64,000 nt of DNA from a virus, in the IMG/VR virus record IMGVR_UViG_3300020474_000993; one strand, given 5' to 3'. The notes under the pieces are model-generated. The model was given only the letters and a program-made list of their open reading frames with translations. It was not told the origin of the DNA and did not search any database. The translations under genes and the position numbers were made by a program. The first letter of the stretch is position 1. Every line of letters starts with the position of its first letter. Below, piece by piece: positions 39,708-48,586 of the stretch.

Positions 39708-41441
39708 ATGTTTGATTACAATCTAATAGATGAATATCAGATTGAGGTTACTACTTACTGTAACGCCGCTTGTCCTCAATGTCCGAGGAATGTAAACGGT
39801 GGTAAGACTAATCCCTATCTACCAGTTTGTCATTTAGATAGAGATGTAATAGATGTTGCATTTCCTAAGTCCCTAGTAAAGAGACTGAGACAGGTTTTCT
39901 TTTGTGGCAGTTATGGTGACCCTATTATGCATCCAGAGTTCTTGGATATACTCAAGGATTTTAGGAGTAAAAACCCAACTCTGCATCTCTACCTTCACAC
40001 TAACGGAGGAGTCCGTGATATTAAATGGTGGGAAGAGATTGCTGAAGTGCTGGGTGACCATGGCAAAATTGATTTTGGTATTGATGGAATATGGGATACC
40101 AATCATCTTTACCGAAGAAATGTAGATTTTTCTCGCGTGATTGAAAACGCGAAAGCATTTATAAATGCTGGTGGAAAAGCACAATGGAACTATCTGGTAT
40201 ACAAACACAATGAACACCAGATATCAGAAGCAAAAAAGATGTCTGAAGAACTGGGGTTTGATGATATACTGTTTAGGTCAACTGGTAGGTTTATGAACCA
40301 CAAAACTCTTACTGAGTTAGAAAAGTGGCCAGTGCAAAACAGAGATGGTGAAATAGAATATTATTTAGAACCACCCACAGACAAACAGTACCACAATAGT
40401 AGTGTTGAGAATCTACCCAGACTACATGAAGAGTATCCAGATATAAAGGATTACTTCAACGAGACCAAAATAAAATGTGACGCTCTCACTGGAAAGAAAG
40501 TGGCAATTACTGCCGAAGGTTTAGTCTTACCATGTAATTTCTTTGAACACAATCTTTACGACATGAGATTTCATAAAAGAGATTCATTTCCTAGTAGTAA
40601 TGATTATCACTTTGATGAAGATGGCAATAACCAAGTTATGTCTCTTATCAATAGACATAATGGTGATGACCAGAATTTAAACATTCACAGTCAACCATTA
40701 GATAAAATTTTTAAAAGTGAGTTTTGGAAAGAGATTGTATGGTCATGGGAACAAGATATAGGGTGTGGCAAAATATTTGAGTGCGCTATGACTTGTGGAC
40801 AGAAGTTAACTAAAGTATGGGATCAAAATAAAAAGATGAAAGAAACTTATCGATATTATATCACAGGTAACAATCGCGGATTGGGACTAGACTTAGCAAA
40901 ACATTTTAATGGTGATGGATGTTCCAGAAGTACTGGCCAGATGCTTACTGATATTACAACTAAGGTTGGTATTCAAAGAATAGTAGAACAAAGTTTACAC
41001 TATGATGTGTTTATCAATAATGCATTTGATGGCCCGCCAGATGAACCTTGGGGTAATTTCGCTCAAGTAAATTTATTGTTAGCGGTATTTAAGGCATGGA
41101 AAGAAGAAAACAAGTCTGGATATATTTTTAATATCGGAAGTACTGGGGCATTAAGTGCCAGAGTTAGTCATGACAGATATGCAATTGCTAAGGACGCCCT
41201 TGCTACCGCGAGTAGACAATGTTCCAAGGCATTTAAAGATGACCTAGTTAAATTTAAAACTACCTTGATTACGCCAGGCAGATTGGACACACCATTGAGT
41301 AGAGGTAGAGAAACATGGACAGGCAACGGTGTGAAAACGCTTGACATTTGCAAGTTTATAGAGTATACTATGGGCATAGAAAATAATAGTATAATTGAAG
41401 ACATCATTATTGATGTTAATTTGGAGTATGGTAATGAGTGA
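39708..41441 (+). CDS. Radical SAM/SPASM(twitch) enzyme fused to a C-terminal SDR oxidoreductase
   Basis: CNAACPQC, GDP, HTNG; C...PC...C...CG auxiliary cluster; ITGNNRGLG, FINNA, YAIAK. Confidence 0.85.
   Translation: MFDYNLIDEYQIEVTTYCNAACPQCPRNVNGGKTNPYLPVCHLDRDVIDVAFPKSLVKRLRQVFFCGSYGDPIMHPEFLDILKDFRSKNPTLHLYLHTNGGVRDIKWWEEIAEVLGDHGKIDFGIDGIWDTNHLYRRNVDFSRVIENAKAFINAGGKAQWNYLVYKHNEHQISEAKKMSEELGFDDILFRSTGRFMNHKTLTELEKWPVQNRDGEIEYYLEPPTDKQYHNSSVENLPRLHEEYPDIKDYFNETKIKCDALTGKKVAITAEGLVLPCNFFEHNLYDMRFHKRDSFPSSNDYHFDEDGNNQVMSLINRHNGDDQNLNIHSQPLDKIFKSEFWKEIVWSWEQDIGCGKIFECAMTCGQKLTKVWDQNKKMKETYRYYITGNNRGLGLDLAKHFNGDGCSRSTGQMLTDITTKVGIQRIVEQSLHYDVFINNAFDGPPDEPWGNFAQVNLLLAVFKAWKEENKSGYIFNIGSTGALSARVSHDRYAIAKDALATASRQCSKAFKDDLVKFKTTLITPGRLDTPLSRGRETWTGNGVKTLDICKFIEYTMGIENNSIIEDIIIDVNLEYGNE
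41341..41369 (+). promoter_or_regulatory. Internal sigma70 promoter for gp44 (TTGACA-17-TATACT)
   Basis: Near-perfect consensus inside the 3' end of the rSAM-SDR gene. Confidence 0.7.
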
Positions 41442-42363
41442 ATTTTTATGGGTGGAGAAATATAGACCCCAAACTATTTCCGATTGTGTTCTACCAGATA
41501 GAATCAAAAGTATTTTTCAAGAGTATGTTGATGCTGGTGAAATATCCAACATGCTTTTGTGTGGCACCGCTGGTACAGGAAAGACCACGGTTGCAAAAGC
41601 ACTTTGTAATGAACTTGGTTGTGACTTTATTGTTATCAATGGTTCGGATGAAAGTGGTATTGATGTATTGCGTACTAAGATAAGAGACTTTGCTAGTACG
41701 GTAAGTTTTGAAAGTAAACCCAAAGTTGTGATTATGGATGAGGCGGATTATCTAAATCCCAATTCCACGCAACCAGCACTTAGAGCTTTTATTGAGGAGT
41801 TTTCTGGCAATTGCAGATTTATTTTCACATGCAATTTCAAGAATCGAATCATCGAACCTCTTCACAGTAGAACATCTGTTATTGAATTCAAACTCAATAA
41901 GGATGAAAAACAAAACATGGCTGGATTGTTTCTTAATAGAATGAAACATGTATTGGATTCTGAGGGAGTCACATATTCTACTCCAGTTCTCGCTGAGTTG
42001 TTAATGAAACACTTCCCAGACTATCGTAGGGTTCTAAACGAACTACAACGGTATTCGCGTAGTGGTACAATCGATGAGGGTATCCTAAGTAACATTGCTG
42101 AGATAAACACCAAGGGATTGATTGACAGTCTCAAGGATAAGGATTGGAAGAAGATGCGACAATGGGTAGTCAACAATGTTGACAATGACCCACAAGGTGT
42201 CTACAGGAAGGTCTATGACTCTCTTATCGATAAGGTGAAACAAGTACCCCACTTGGTACTATTGATTGCTGACTACCAGTACAAGAGTGCATTTGTGGCA
42301 GACCAAGAGATTAACTTGACCGCGTGTCTAACTGATATCATGGCGAGTGTGGAATTTAAATGA
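41434..42363 (+). CDS. gp44: Clamp loader large subunit gp44
   Basis: LWVEKYRP, GTGKTT, DEAD, PLHSR. Confidence 0.96.
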   Translation: MSEFLWVEKYRPQTISDCVLPDRIKSIFQEYVDAGEISNMLLCGTAGTGKTTVAKALCNELGCDFIVINGSDESGIDVLRTKIRDFASTVSFESKPKVVIMDEADYLNPNSTQPALRAFIEEFSGNCRFIFTCNFKNRIIEPLHSRTSVIEFKLNKDEKQNMAGLFLNRMKHVLDSEGVTYSTPVLAELLMKHFPDYRRVLNELQRYSRSGTIDEGILSNIAEINTKGLIDSLKDKDWKKMRQWVVNNVDNDPQGVYRKVYDSLIDKVKQVPHLVLLIADYQYKSAFVADQEINLTACLTDIMASVEFK

Positions 42364-42803
42364 TTGAGGGGTTAGGTGAACCAGTAAAGACCTATGATGC
42401 TGAAGAGTTCAAGGTAAAGAAAAAAGCAATCAGTCCCTTTGATTTTGCGAACAGTATCAACTACAGTAAAGAGGATTTGATTGTAGATGATTGGTCTGAG
42501 AAACAGTACAATGCTTTTATTGTGAACAAGTCATTGTCTCATGGAATGGATACGGTTGTGGCATCTAATGAAATGAATGCTAGACCACACCTTGATGCAA
42601 AATTGCAGTATGATTTTCTAAGGGGACTTGTTCGTAAGAAGAAAAGATTTAACAAGTGGTTGAAACCAGAAAAAGAAGAACATCTGGAAATAGTAAAAGA
42701 ATATTTTGGTTATAGTAATGTCAGAGCTCAAGAAGCACTTAGACTTTTGACTGACGAAAACATCATGGAGATAAAAAAACTTTTAACAAAAGGTGGAAAA
42801 TAG
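42360..42803 (+). CDS. gp62: Clamp loader small subunit gp62
   Basis: LQYDFL...RKKKRF.KW, VKEYFGYS..A. Confidence 0.92.
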   Translation: MIEGLGEPVKTYDAEEFKVKKKAISPFDFANSINYSKEDLIVDDWSEKQYNAFIVNKSLSHGMDTVVASNEMNARPHLDAKLQYDFLRGLVRKKKRFNKWLKPEKEEHLEIVKEYFGYSNVRAQEALRLLTDENIMEIKKLLTKGGK

Positions 42804-42855
42804 AAAAACCATAAATACTTTTCATATTAATTAACAAAATTATGAAGGTATTATC

Positions 42856-43272
42856 ATGGTGGATGATTTTTTTGACATTGATTTTCCAGATTACAAACCA
42901 GTAGAAGTATTATTAGAAAAGGAAGATGACTTCCTAAAGGTTAGGGAAACTTTGTCTCGTATTGGAGTGGCATCAAAGAAAGACAAGACATTGTATCAGT
43001 CTTGCCATATTCTCCATAAACAGGGTAGGTATTTTATAACTCATTTCAAAGAACTTTTTGCTCTTGATGGCAAAGAAGCAGATTTGACAGATAATGATTT
43101 AAAAAGAAGAAACGCAATATCCAAACTGCTGAGTGATTGGGGTTTGGTAAAACTTCTTGATAAATCAGTTGAAGAAGACATGGCTCCATTGAGTCAGATA
43201 AAGATTTTGTCCTTCAAAGAGAAGGATGAATGGTCGCTCGTTACTAAATATAATATCGGGCGAAAACGATAA
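42856..43272 (+). CDS. regA: Translational repressor RegA
   Basis: DFLKVRETLSRIGVAS, LYQSCHILHKQGRY.I.HFKELF. Confidence 0.97.
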   Translation: MVDDFFDIDFPDYKPVEVLLEKEDDFLKVRETLSRIGVASKKDKTLYQSCHILHKQGRYFITHFKELFALDGKEADLTDNDLKRRNAISKLLSDWGLVKLLDKSVEEDMAPLSQIKILSFKEKDEWSLVTKYNIGRKR

Positions 43273-43296
43273 CCCTAAACGCACAGAAGGAGAGCT

Positions 43297-43683
43297 ATGA
43301 AGGGAAAAGTGGCGGCTATGGTCGCATTGGTTTTTATGATGGCAATACCTCTTGAATCCATCGCTGAAGAGGAAAAAAACAGGATTCACACACTCTGTAA
43401 ACAAGAGATTAAACAAAACTATTCCGACTCACTCGCAAGAATAAGACTCAATGGATTTGCTAAACAAAACCGCAAACCTATTGCAAAATATCGCGTAGCG
43501 ATTGAGGGAGGACAGACTTTGTTCCTAAGATGTGGTATTGACCCCACTTCTGGTTCCATTATGGTCTGGGATAGAGATGATTTTTACAGAATTGCTAAAC
43601 TGAGTGAAGGTCTTCAAAAGAAAATCAATGAAGAACTTGCAATCATTATGCATGGGATGGTTTTAAAATTAAACAACGGATAA
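43297..43683 (+). CDS. Hypothetical exported protein
   Basis: Signal-peptide-like N-terminus; two Cys. Confidence 0.55.
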   Translation: MKGKVAAMVALVFMMAIPLESIAEEEKNRIHTLCKQEIKQNYSDSLARIRLNGFAKQNRKPIAKYRVAIEGGQTLFLRCGIDPTSGSIMVWDRDDFYRIAKLSEGLQKKINEELAIIMHGMVLKLNNG

Positions 43684-43698
43684 AATTAAATTTTTGCC

Positions 43699-43736
43699 CT
43701 TGATTTTTGGAAAAAAGTCCCCATATATTATAAATA
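43699..43736 (+). promoter_or_regulatory. sigma32-type promoter CTTGAT-14-CCCCATAT plus late promoter TATAAATA (43729-43736)
   Basis: Matches the RpoH consensus upstream of hsp20. Confidence 0.7.
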
Positions 43737-43742
43737 ACAGTA

Positions 43743-43797
43743 GTAGATGCTCGGGTGAGGTCTACACTTTAACTCGCTTAATAAGGAGAAAACTATG
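43743..43797 (+). promoter_or_regulatory. ROSE-like RNA thermometer in the hsp20 5' UTR
   Basis: Hairpin 43743-43765, then CUCGCUU pairing with SD AAGGAG with a bulged G. Confidence 0.65.
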
Positions 43798-44247
43798 AAT
43801 ACTTTAAGCACACAAGCGCACTGGGATAATCTTGTCTCAGCGTTTCCACAAATCCGCAGACAATTCGTTGGTTTCGATAGGGTAGTTGATTTACTCAATC
43901 AGAACTTTGAAGTATCTGTGCAAAATTTCCCACCATTTAATATAGAAAAACTAGATGATGAAAACTACGAGATTCAAATGGCTCTCGCTGGTTACAAAGA
44001 ATCTGATTTAGATATTACTGTGGAAGATGGCACTCTTACTGTAGAAGGTGGCCAAGAGTCGGGGGAAGACGAATCAAATTTTATTCACCAAGGTATAGCA
44101 CAAAGAAAATTCCGTAAGGTATGGAGTCTAGCTGACACTGTAATAGTGAAAGATGCTAAACTCACTGAGGGAATTCTTAGAATATCCTTGGAGAATCAAA
44201 TCCCAGAGGAGAAGAAACCTCAAACAATCAAGATTAAAACTAAATAA
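43795..44247 (+). CDS. Small heat-shock protein Hsp20 (IbpA-like)
   Basis: FPPFNIE, ALAGY, FIHQGIAQRKF, GIL.ISLE..IPEEKKP. Confidence 0.95.
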   Translation: MNTLSTQAHWDNLVSAFPQIRRQFVGFDRVVDLLNQNFEVSVQNFPPFNIEKLDDENYEIQMALAGYKESDLDITVEDGTLTVEGGQESGEDESNFIHQGIAQRKFRKVWSLADTVIVKDAKLTEGILRISLENQIPEEKKPQTIKIKTK

Positions 44248-44258
44248 ATAGTTTTATC

Positions 44259-44285
44259 GGGGGGCGATATTTGCCCCCCATTTTT
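44259..44285 (+). terminator. Intrinsic terminator after hsp20
   Basis: GGGGGGC...GCCCCCC followed by ATTTTT. Confidence 0.85.
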
Positions 44286-44299
44286 GAAAAGGAAATATT

Positions 44300-44707
44300 A
44301 TGACAAAGAAAAAGAAAGTAGTGAAGGAAGTAAAGATTCCTAATCCAGAAATGGAAGTCACCGAAGAAGAACTTGAGAAACAACAACTTCCACCAGCTTC
44401 ATTGGTGGGTGTAAAGTCTGCTGGTACGGCTGAAATTATCTGTTACTTACAGAAAGATGATGAGGGCGGTAGATATATTTTATCAAACCCAGCTCAGATA
44501 TCTTATTTGCCTGTTGAAGGAAAACAGGGACAATTTAAAATTGCATTTGTTCCACAAACTCCATCAAGTACTGGTACTTTATTTGTACCGTATGGCAAAC
44601 TTGAATACTTGTTTGAAGTCAAACCAGATTTGGCTAAAGAGTATCAAGACAAGTTTGAACACACCGCAGTAACACAGACAAAGAAAAAACCAAAATTCAC
44701 TGGTTAA
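44300..44707 (+). CDS. Hypothetical protein (possible Sm-like core)
   Basis: Conserved position between hsp20 and gp43. Confidence 0.55.
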   Translation: MTKKKKVVKEVKIPNPEMEVTEEELEKQQLPPASLVGVKSAGTAEIICYLQKDDEGGRYILSNPAQISYLPVEGKQGQFKIAFVPQTPSSTGTLFVPYGKLEYLFEVKPDLAKEYQDKFEHTAVTQTKKKPKFTG

Positions 44708-44804
44708 AAAATTGCTCGAAAAAGGTAGCGCTTTTTATATCAAAAATAGCGCAAAAAATAAATCCTCGGCCAAAAACGCCTGTAGGATTTTCAAAAAATA
44801 ATGC

Positions 44805-44833
44805 TTGACTTCTGATGTCTGTTGTGTTATTAT
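44805..44833 (+). promoter_or_regulatory. sigma70 promoter for gp43 (TTGACT-17-TATTAT, extended TG)
   Basis: Consensus-like, downstream of an A-tract region. Confidence 0.7.
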
Positions 44834-44860
44834 ATCTCTAAATGAAAAATCGGTTTTATT

Positions 44861-47362
44861 ATGTCTAACTTCTATACCTATGCGTGGCAATATGGAAATT
44901 CAATCCTTACTCGTGGAGTGAGGAATGGTAAGCGCTTTACTGAGAAACATCCATTCAATCCTACATTGTATGTTAGAAGCAATGAGGAATCTGAATTCAA
45001 AAACATCGATGGTCATTATCTAAAACCAATTCAGTTTGGTGACAACGGTGATGCTAAAGAGTTCCTAGACAAATATTCTAAAGTAGATAACTATCCTATA
45101 TACGGTCAAACTGATTTGACTTATCAGTATATAGCTTCTATGTATCCCCATAATATCGAATTTGACCTTAGTAAGATGAATATCTGGTCAATAGATATTG
45201 AGACAACAGCAGAACATGGTTTCCCAGACACGGAAAATCCTATTGAAGAAATCCTGTTGATTACTATGGTAAACAATTACACCAAAGAAATATTTACATG
45301 GGGTTCTGGTGAGTGGAAGCCTGGCGAAGAGACCAAAGACCTACCAGTTACATATACATATTGTTCCGATGAGTTTGACTTGTTGGAAAAGTTTATGACA
45401 TGGTGGGCGCAAGATTATCCAGATGTAGTTACTGGTTGGAATCATGAACTGTTTGATATGCCTTACTTAGTTGGTAGGATTGACAGACTATTTGGTGACT
45501 CAGCTAAAAACAATCTTAGTCCATTCGGTATGACTAGGAAGAAAACTGTTCGCGGTCATAACAGAGAGTTATTGAAGACTGACATCAAGGGTGTCATTCA
45601 ACTTGACTATATGGATTTGTACAAAAAGTTTACTTACACCTTCCAAGAAAGTTATCGACTTGATTACATTGCTGAAGTAGAACTAGGTAAGAAGAAACTG
45701 GAATCTGGATTTGAAACATTCCGCGAGTTCTACGAGAATGATTGGAATAGGTTTATTGACTATAACATTATCGATACTGTTTTGGTTGACGAACTTGATG
45801 ACAAGATGAAATTCTTGGAACTTATTATCACTATGGGATATGACTGTAAATGTAACTACAATGATATCTTTTCATCTGTGAGAACTTGGGATTGTTTGTT
45901 ATATAACTTCTTACTTGAAAAGAACATTATGATTCCTCAGAAGAAGGAACACTTCTCCAAGGGATTCGCTGGTGGTTATGTCCAAGACCCGAAAGTGGGT
46001 AAGTACAAGTGGGTGGTATCAGTTGATGCGACTTCCCTATATCCATCTATCATCATGCAACACAATCTATCACCAGAGATGTTGGCAGAGGGACACAAAC
46101 CCCTAGACTGTACAGTTGATAGTATTCTGGAAAGGAAACACTCAACTAAAAAATTGGTGGAGGCAGACTTATCGATGGCTGCTAATGGTTACTTGTTTGG
46201 TAGAACATCTCAAGGATTCATGGCAGAAATTACTCAAAAGTTTTTTGACGATAGACAGAAGTACAAAAAACTCATGAAGAAAGCAGAACAAGAGTATGAG
46301 GATACAAAGAATCCTAAACTCAAAAATGATATCGCCAAGTTTAACAACTTCCAGATGGCAAGAAAGATTCAATTGAACTCTCTCTTTGGTGCGATAGGTA
46401 ACAAATGGTTCAGATATTTTGATGAAAGGATTGCAGAGGCAATCACATTGAGTGGACAACTTATTATCCGTGACACAGGTAAAGCGGTGGATGAGTTTCT
46501 AAACAAGTTTCTTGGCACAGAAGATGAAGTCTATTCTTTCTATACTGATACAGATTCTTGTTATGTTACACTGGACAAGATGGTAGAACTTCACATGAAG
46601 GATAAGTCTCAAGAAGAGATAATTGATATCCTTGATAAGTTTACGGAAGATAAACTAGTACCAGCAATCAATGGTCGTATGGCAGAGTTGGGTGACTACA
46701 TGAATGTATTCCAACCCAAGATAGATTTCAAACGCGAGGCAATTGCCGATACAGGTATATGGGTTGCAAAGAAACGATACGCATTGAATGTATGGGACAA
46801 TGAAGGTGTTAGATATCACGAACCCCATCTAAAAGTTATGGGTCTGGAGATTGTAAGGTCTTCCACACCAGCACCAGTTCGTTCAAGTCTCAAAAAGGCA
46901 GTTGAGTTATGTTTGAACAAAGATGAAAAAGAATTACAGGATTTCGTTGAGAATACATGGCAGGCATTTAGTAAGATGTCTCCAGAAGAAATCGCTTTCC
47001 CACGCGGTTGTAATAACATAGATAAGTATTCATCACGCGAAACAGTTTACACCAAGGGAACTCCGATGCATGTTCGGGGCGCATTGGTCTACAATCACTT
47101 GCTTAGGACTCAGAAACTAGAGAAAAAATATCAAGTTATCCAAGATGGTGACAAGATTAAGTTTCTCTATCTGAAGGAACCTAATCATGTGAGAGAAAAT
47201 ACCGTAGCGATGAATGGTCTAATGCCAAAAGAGTTTGACTTACATCGATACATAGATTATGAAACAATGTTTGAGAAAGCATTTATTGACCCATTGAATA
47301 CTATTGTTACTAGTTTGGATTGGAAGACTAGACCAGTGGCAACATTGGAGTCGTTATTTTAG
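44861..47362 (+). CDS. gp43: DNA polymerase gp43 (family B)
   Basis: DIET exonuclease, DATSLYPS, KIQLNSLFG, YTDTDS. Confidence 0.98.
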   Translation: MSNFYTYAWQYGNSILTRGVRNGKRFTEKHPFNPTLYVRSNEESEFKNIDGHYLKPIQFGDNGDAKEFLDKYSKVDNYPIYGQTDLTYQYIASMYPHNIEFDLSKMNIWSIDIETTAEHGFPDTENPIEEILLITMVNNYTKEIFTWGSGEWKPGEETKDLPVTYTYCSDEFDLLEKFMTWWAQDYPDVVTGWNHELFDMPYLVGRIDRLFGDSAKNNLSPFGMTRKKTVRGHNRELLKTDIKGVIQLDYMDLYKKFTYTFQESYRLDYIAEVELGKKKLESGFETFREFYENDWNRFIDYNIIDTVLVDELDDKMKFLELIITMGYDCKCNYNDIFSSVRTWDCLLYNFLLEKNIMIPQKKEHFSKGFAGGYVQDPKVGKYKWVVSVDATSLYPSIIMQHNLSPEMLAEGHKPLDCTVDSILERKHSTKKLVEADLSMAANGYLFGRTSQGFMAEITQKFFDDRQKYKKLMKKAEQEYEDTKNPKLKNDIAKFNNFQMARKIQLNSLFGAIGNKWFRYFDERIAEAITLSGQLIIRDTGKAVDEFLNKFLGTEDEVYSFYTDTDSCYVTLDKMVELHMKDKSQEEIIDILDKFTEDKLVPAINGRMAELGDYMNVFQPKIDFKREAIADTGIWVAKKRYALNVWDNEGVRYHEPHLKVMGLEIVRSSTPAPVRSSLKKAVELCLNKDEKELQDFVENTWQAFSKMSPEEIAFPRGCNNIDKYSSRETVYTKGTPMHVRGALVYNHLLRTQKLEKKYQVIQDGDKIKFLYLKEPNHVRENTVAMNGLMPKEFDLHRYIDYETMFEKAFIDPLNTIVTSLDWKTRPVATLESLF

Positions 47363-47370
47363 GAGATACT

Positions 47371-48429
47371 ATGAGTACATTAGATAAATTAAAAAAGAAC
47401 TCAACGATAAAACAAACTGAAATTTTATCCAAGAGTAAATTTCTGAACAACAAAGATGTTGTACAGACAACTGTTCCCGCTTTGAATGTGGCGTTGAGTG
47501 GTAAATTGGATGGTGGACTTGCTACAGGTCTAACAGTTTTTGCTGGCCCATCTAAACATTTCAAAACTGCTTTTGCCATGTTATTGTCAAAATCTTATTT
47601 GGATAAATACGAAGATGGAGTGGTGTTATTTTATGATTCAGAGTTCGGCGCTCCTCAAGGATATTTCGACAGTTTCGGCATAGACACAGATAGAGTTATT
47701 CATACACCTGTCACAGACATAGAACAACTCAAACACGATGTGATGTCCCAACTCCAAGGTATTGAAAGAGGTGACCGTGTAATTATAATTGTGGACTCAG
47801 TAGGTAACCTTGCCTCGCGTAAAGAAGTAGAAGATGCGATAGATGGTAAGTCAGTTGCCGATATGACTCGTGCAAAACAAATGAAATCCCTGTTTCGTAT
47901 GGTGACTCCTCACCTAACAATCTTAGATATTCCAGCGGTGGTTGTAAACCACACATACAAAGAAATCGGTTTGTTCCCCAAAGATGTAGTGTCTGGTGGA
48001 ACTGGTGTTTACTACAGTGCTGATAATATCTTTATTATAGGTAGACAACAAGAAAAACAAGGGAAAGATGTTGTAGGATACAACTTTATTATCAATGTCG
48101 AGAAGTCAAGATTTGTTCGGGAGAAGTCCAAGATACCCATTGAAGTTACATGGGAAGGTGGCATCAGCAAGTGGTCTGGTCTCCTTGATATGGCTCTTGA
48201 GTCTGGTCATGTTGTCAAACCATCAAACGGATGGTATGCGAAATCTGATGACCCAGATGCGCCGAAATTCAGACTTAAAGATACATACACAAAAGACTTT
48301 TGGATACCTATCCTTAGTGAAAAAAGTTTCATCCAGTGGATTGAGGATAGATATTTAATGTCAGCAGACTCCATCATGCAGTCTGAAGTAAGCGAAGAGG
48401 ATATTAAGGATGCTTACTCCGAAGTGTGA
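47371..48429 (+). CDS. uvsX: Recombinase UvsX
   Basis: GPSKHFKT, YDSEFG, DSVGNL. Confidence 0.96.
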   Translation: MSTLDKLKKNSTIKQTEILSKSKFLNNKDVVQTTVPALNVALSGKLDGGLATGLTVFAGPSKHFKTAFAMLLSKSYLDKYEDGVVLFYDSEFGAPQGYFDSFGIDTDRVIHTPVTDIEQLKHDVMSQLQGIERGDRVIIIVDSVGNLASRKEVEDAIDGKSVADMTRAKQMKSLFRMVTPHLTILDIPAVVVNHTYKEIGLFPKDVVSGGTGVYYSADNIFIIGRQQEKQGKDVVGYNFIINVEKSRFVREKSKIPIEVTWEGGISKWSGLLDMALESGHVVKPSNGWYAKSDDPDAPKFRLKDTYTKDFWIPILSEKSFIQWIEDRYLMSADSIMQSEVSEEDIKDAYSEV

Positions 48430-48586
48430 TAAATGTGGGACTAGTATCGATGAAGAAAATGATGCTGGAATATGTTTTCGACATGCTGACGGAGATGCAT
48501 ATCTCTGTGAGAAATGTGTAGAAGAAGTGAAACGAGATTTTTATAATGAGATTAGAACAAACAATACTATCGAATCTGATACATAA
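48410..48586 (+). CDS. Small zinc-finger-like protein, 58 aa (MLTPKCDKC...LCEKC...)
   Basis: Two CxxC motifs, GAGG upstream; bridges uvsX and gp41; not in the ORF track. Confidence 0.6.
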   Translation: MLTPKCDKCGTSIDEENDAGICFRHADGDAYLCEKCVEEVKRDFYNEIRTNNTIESDT

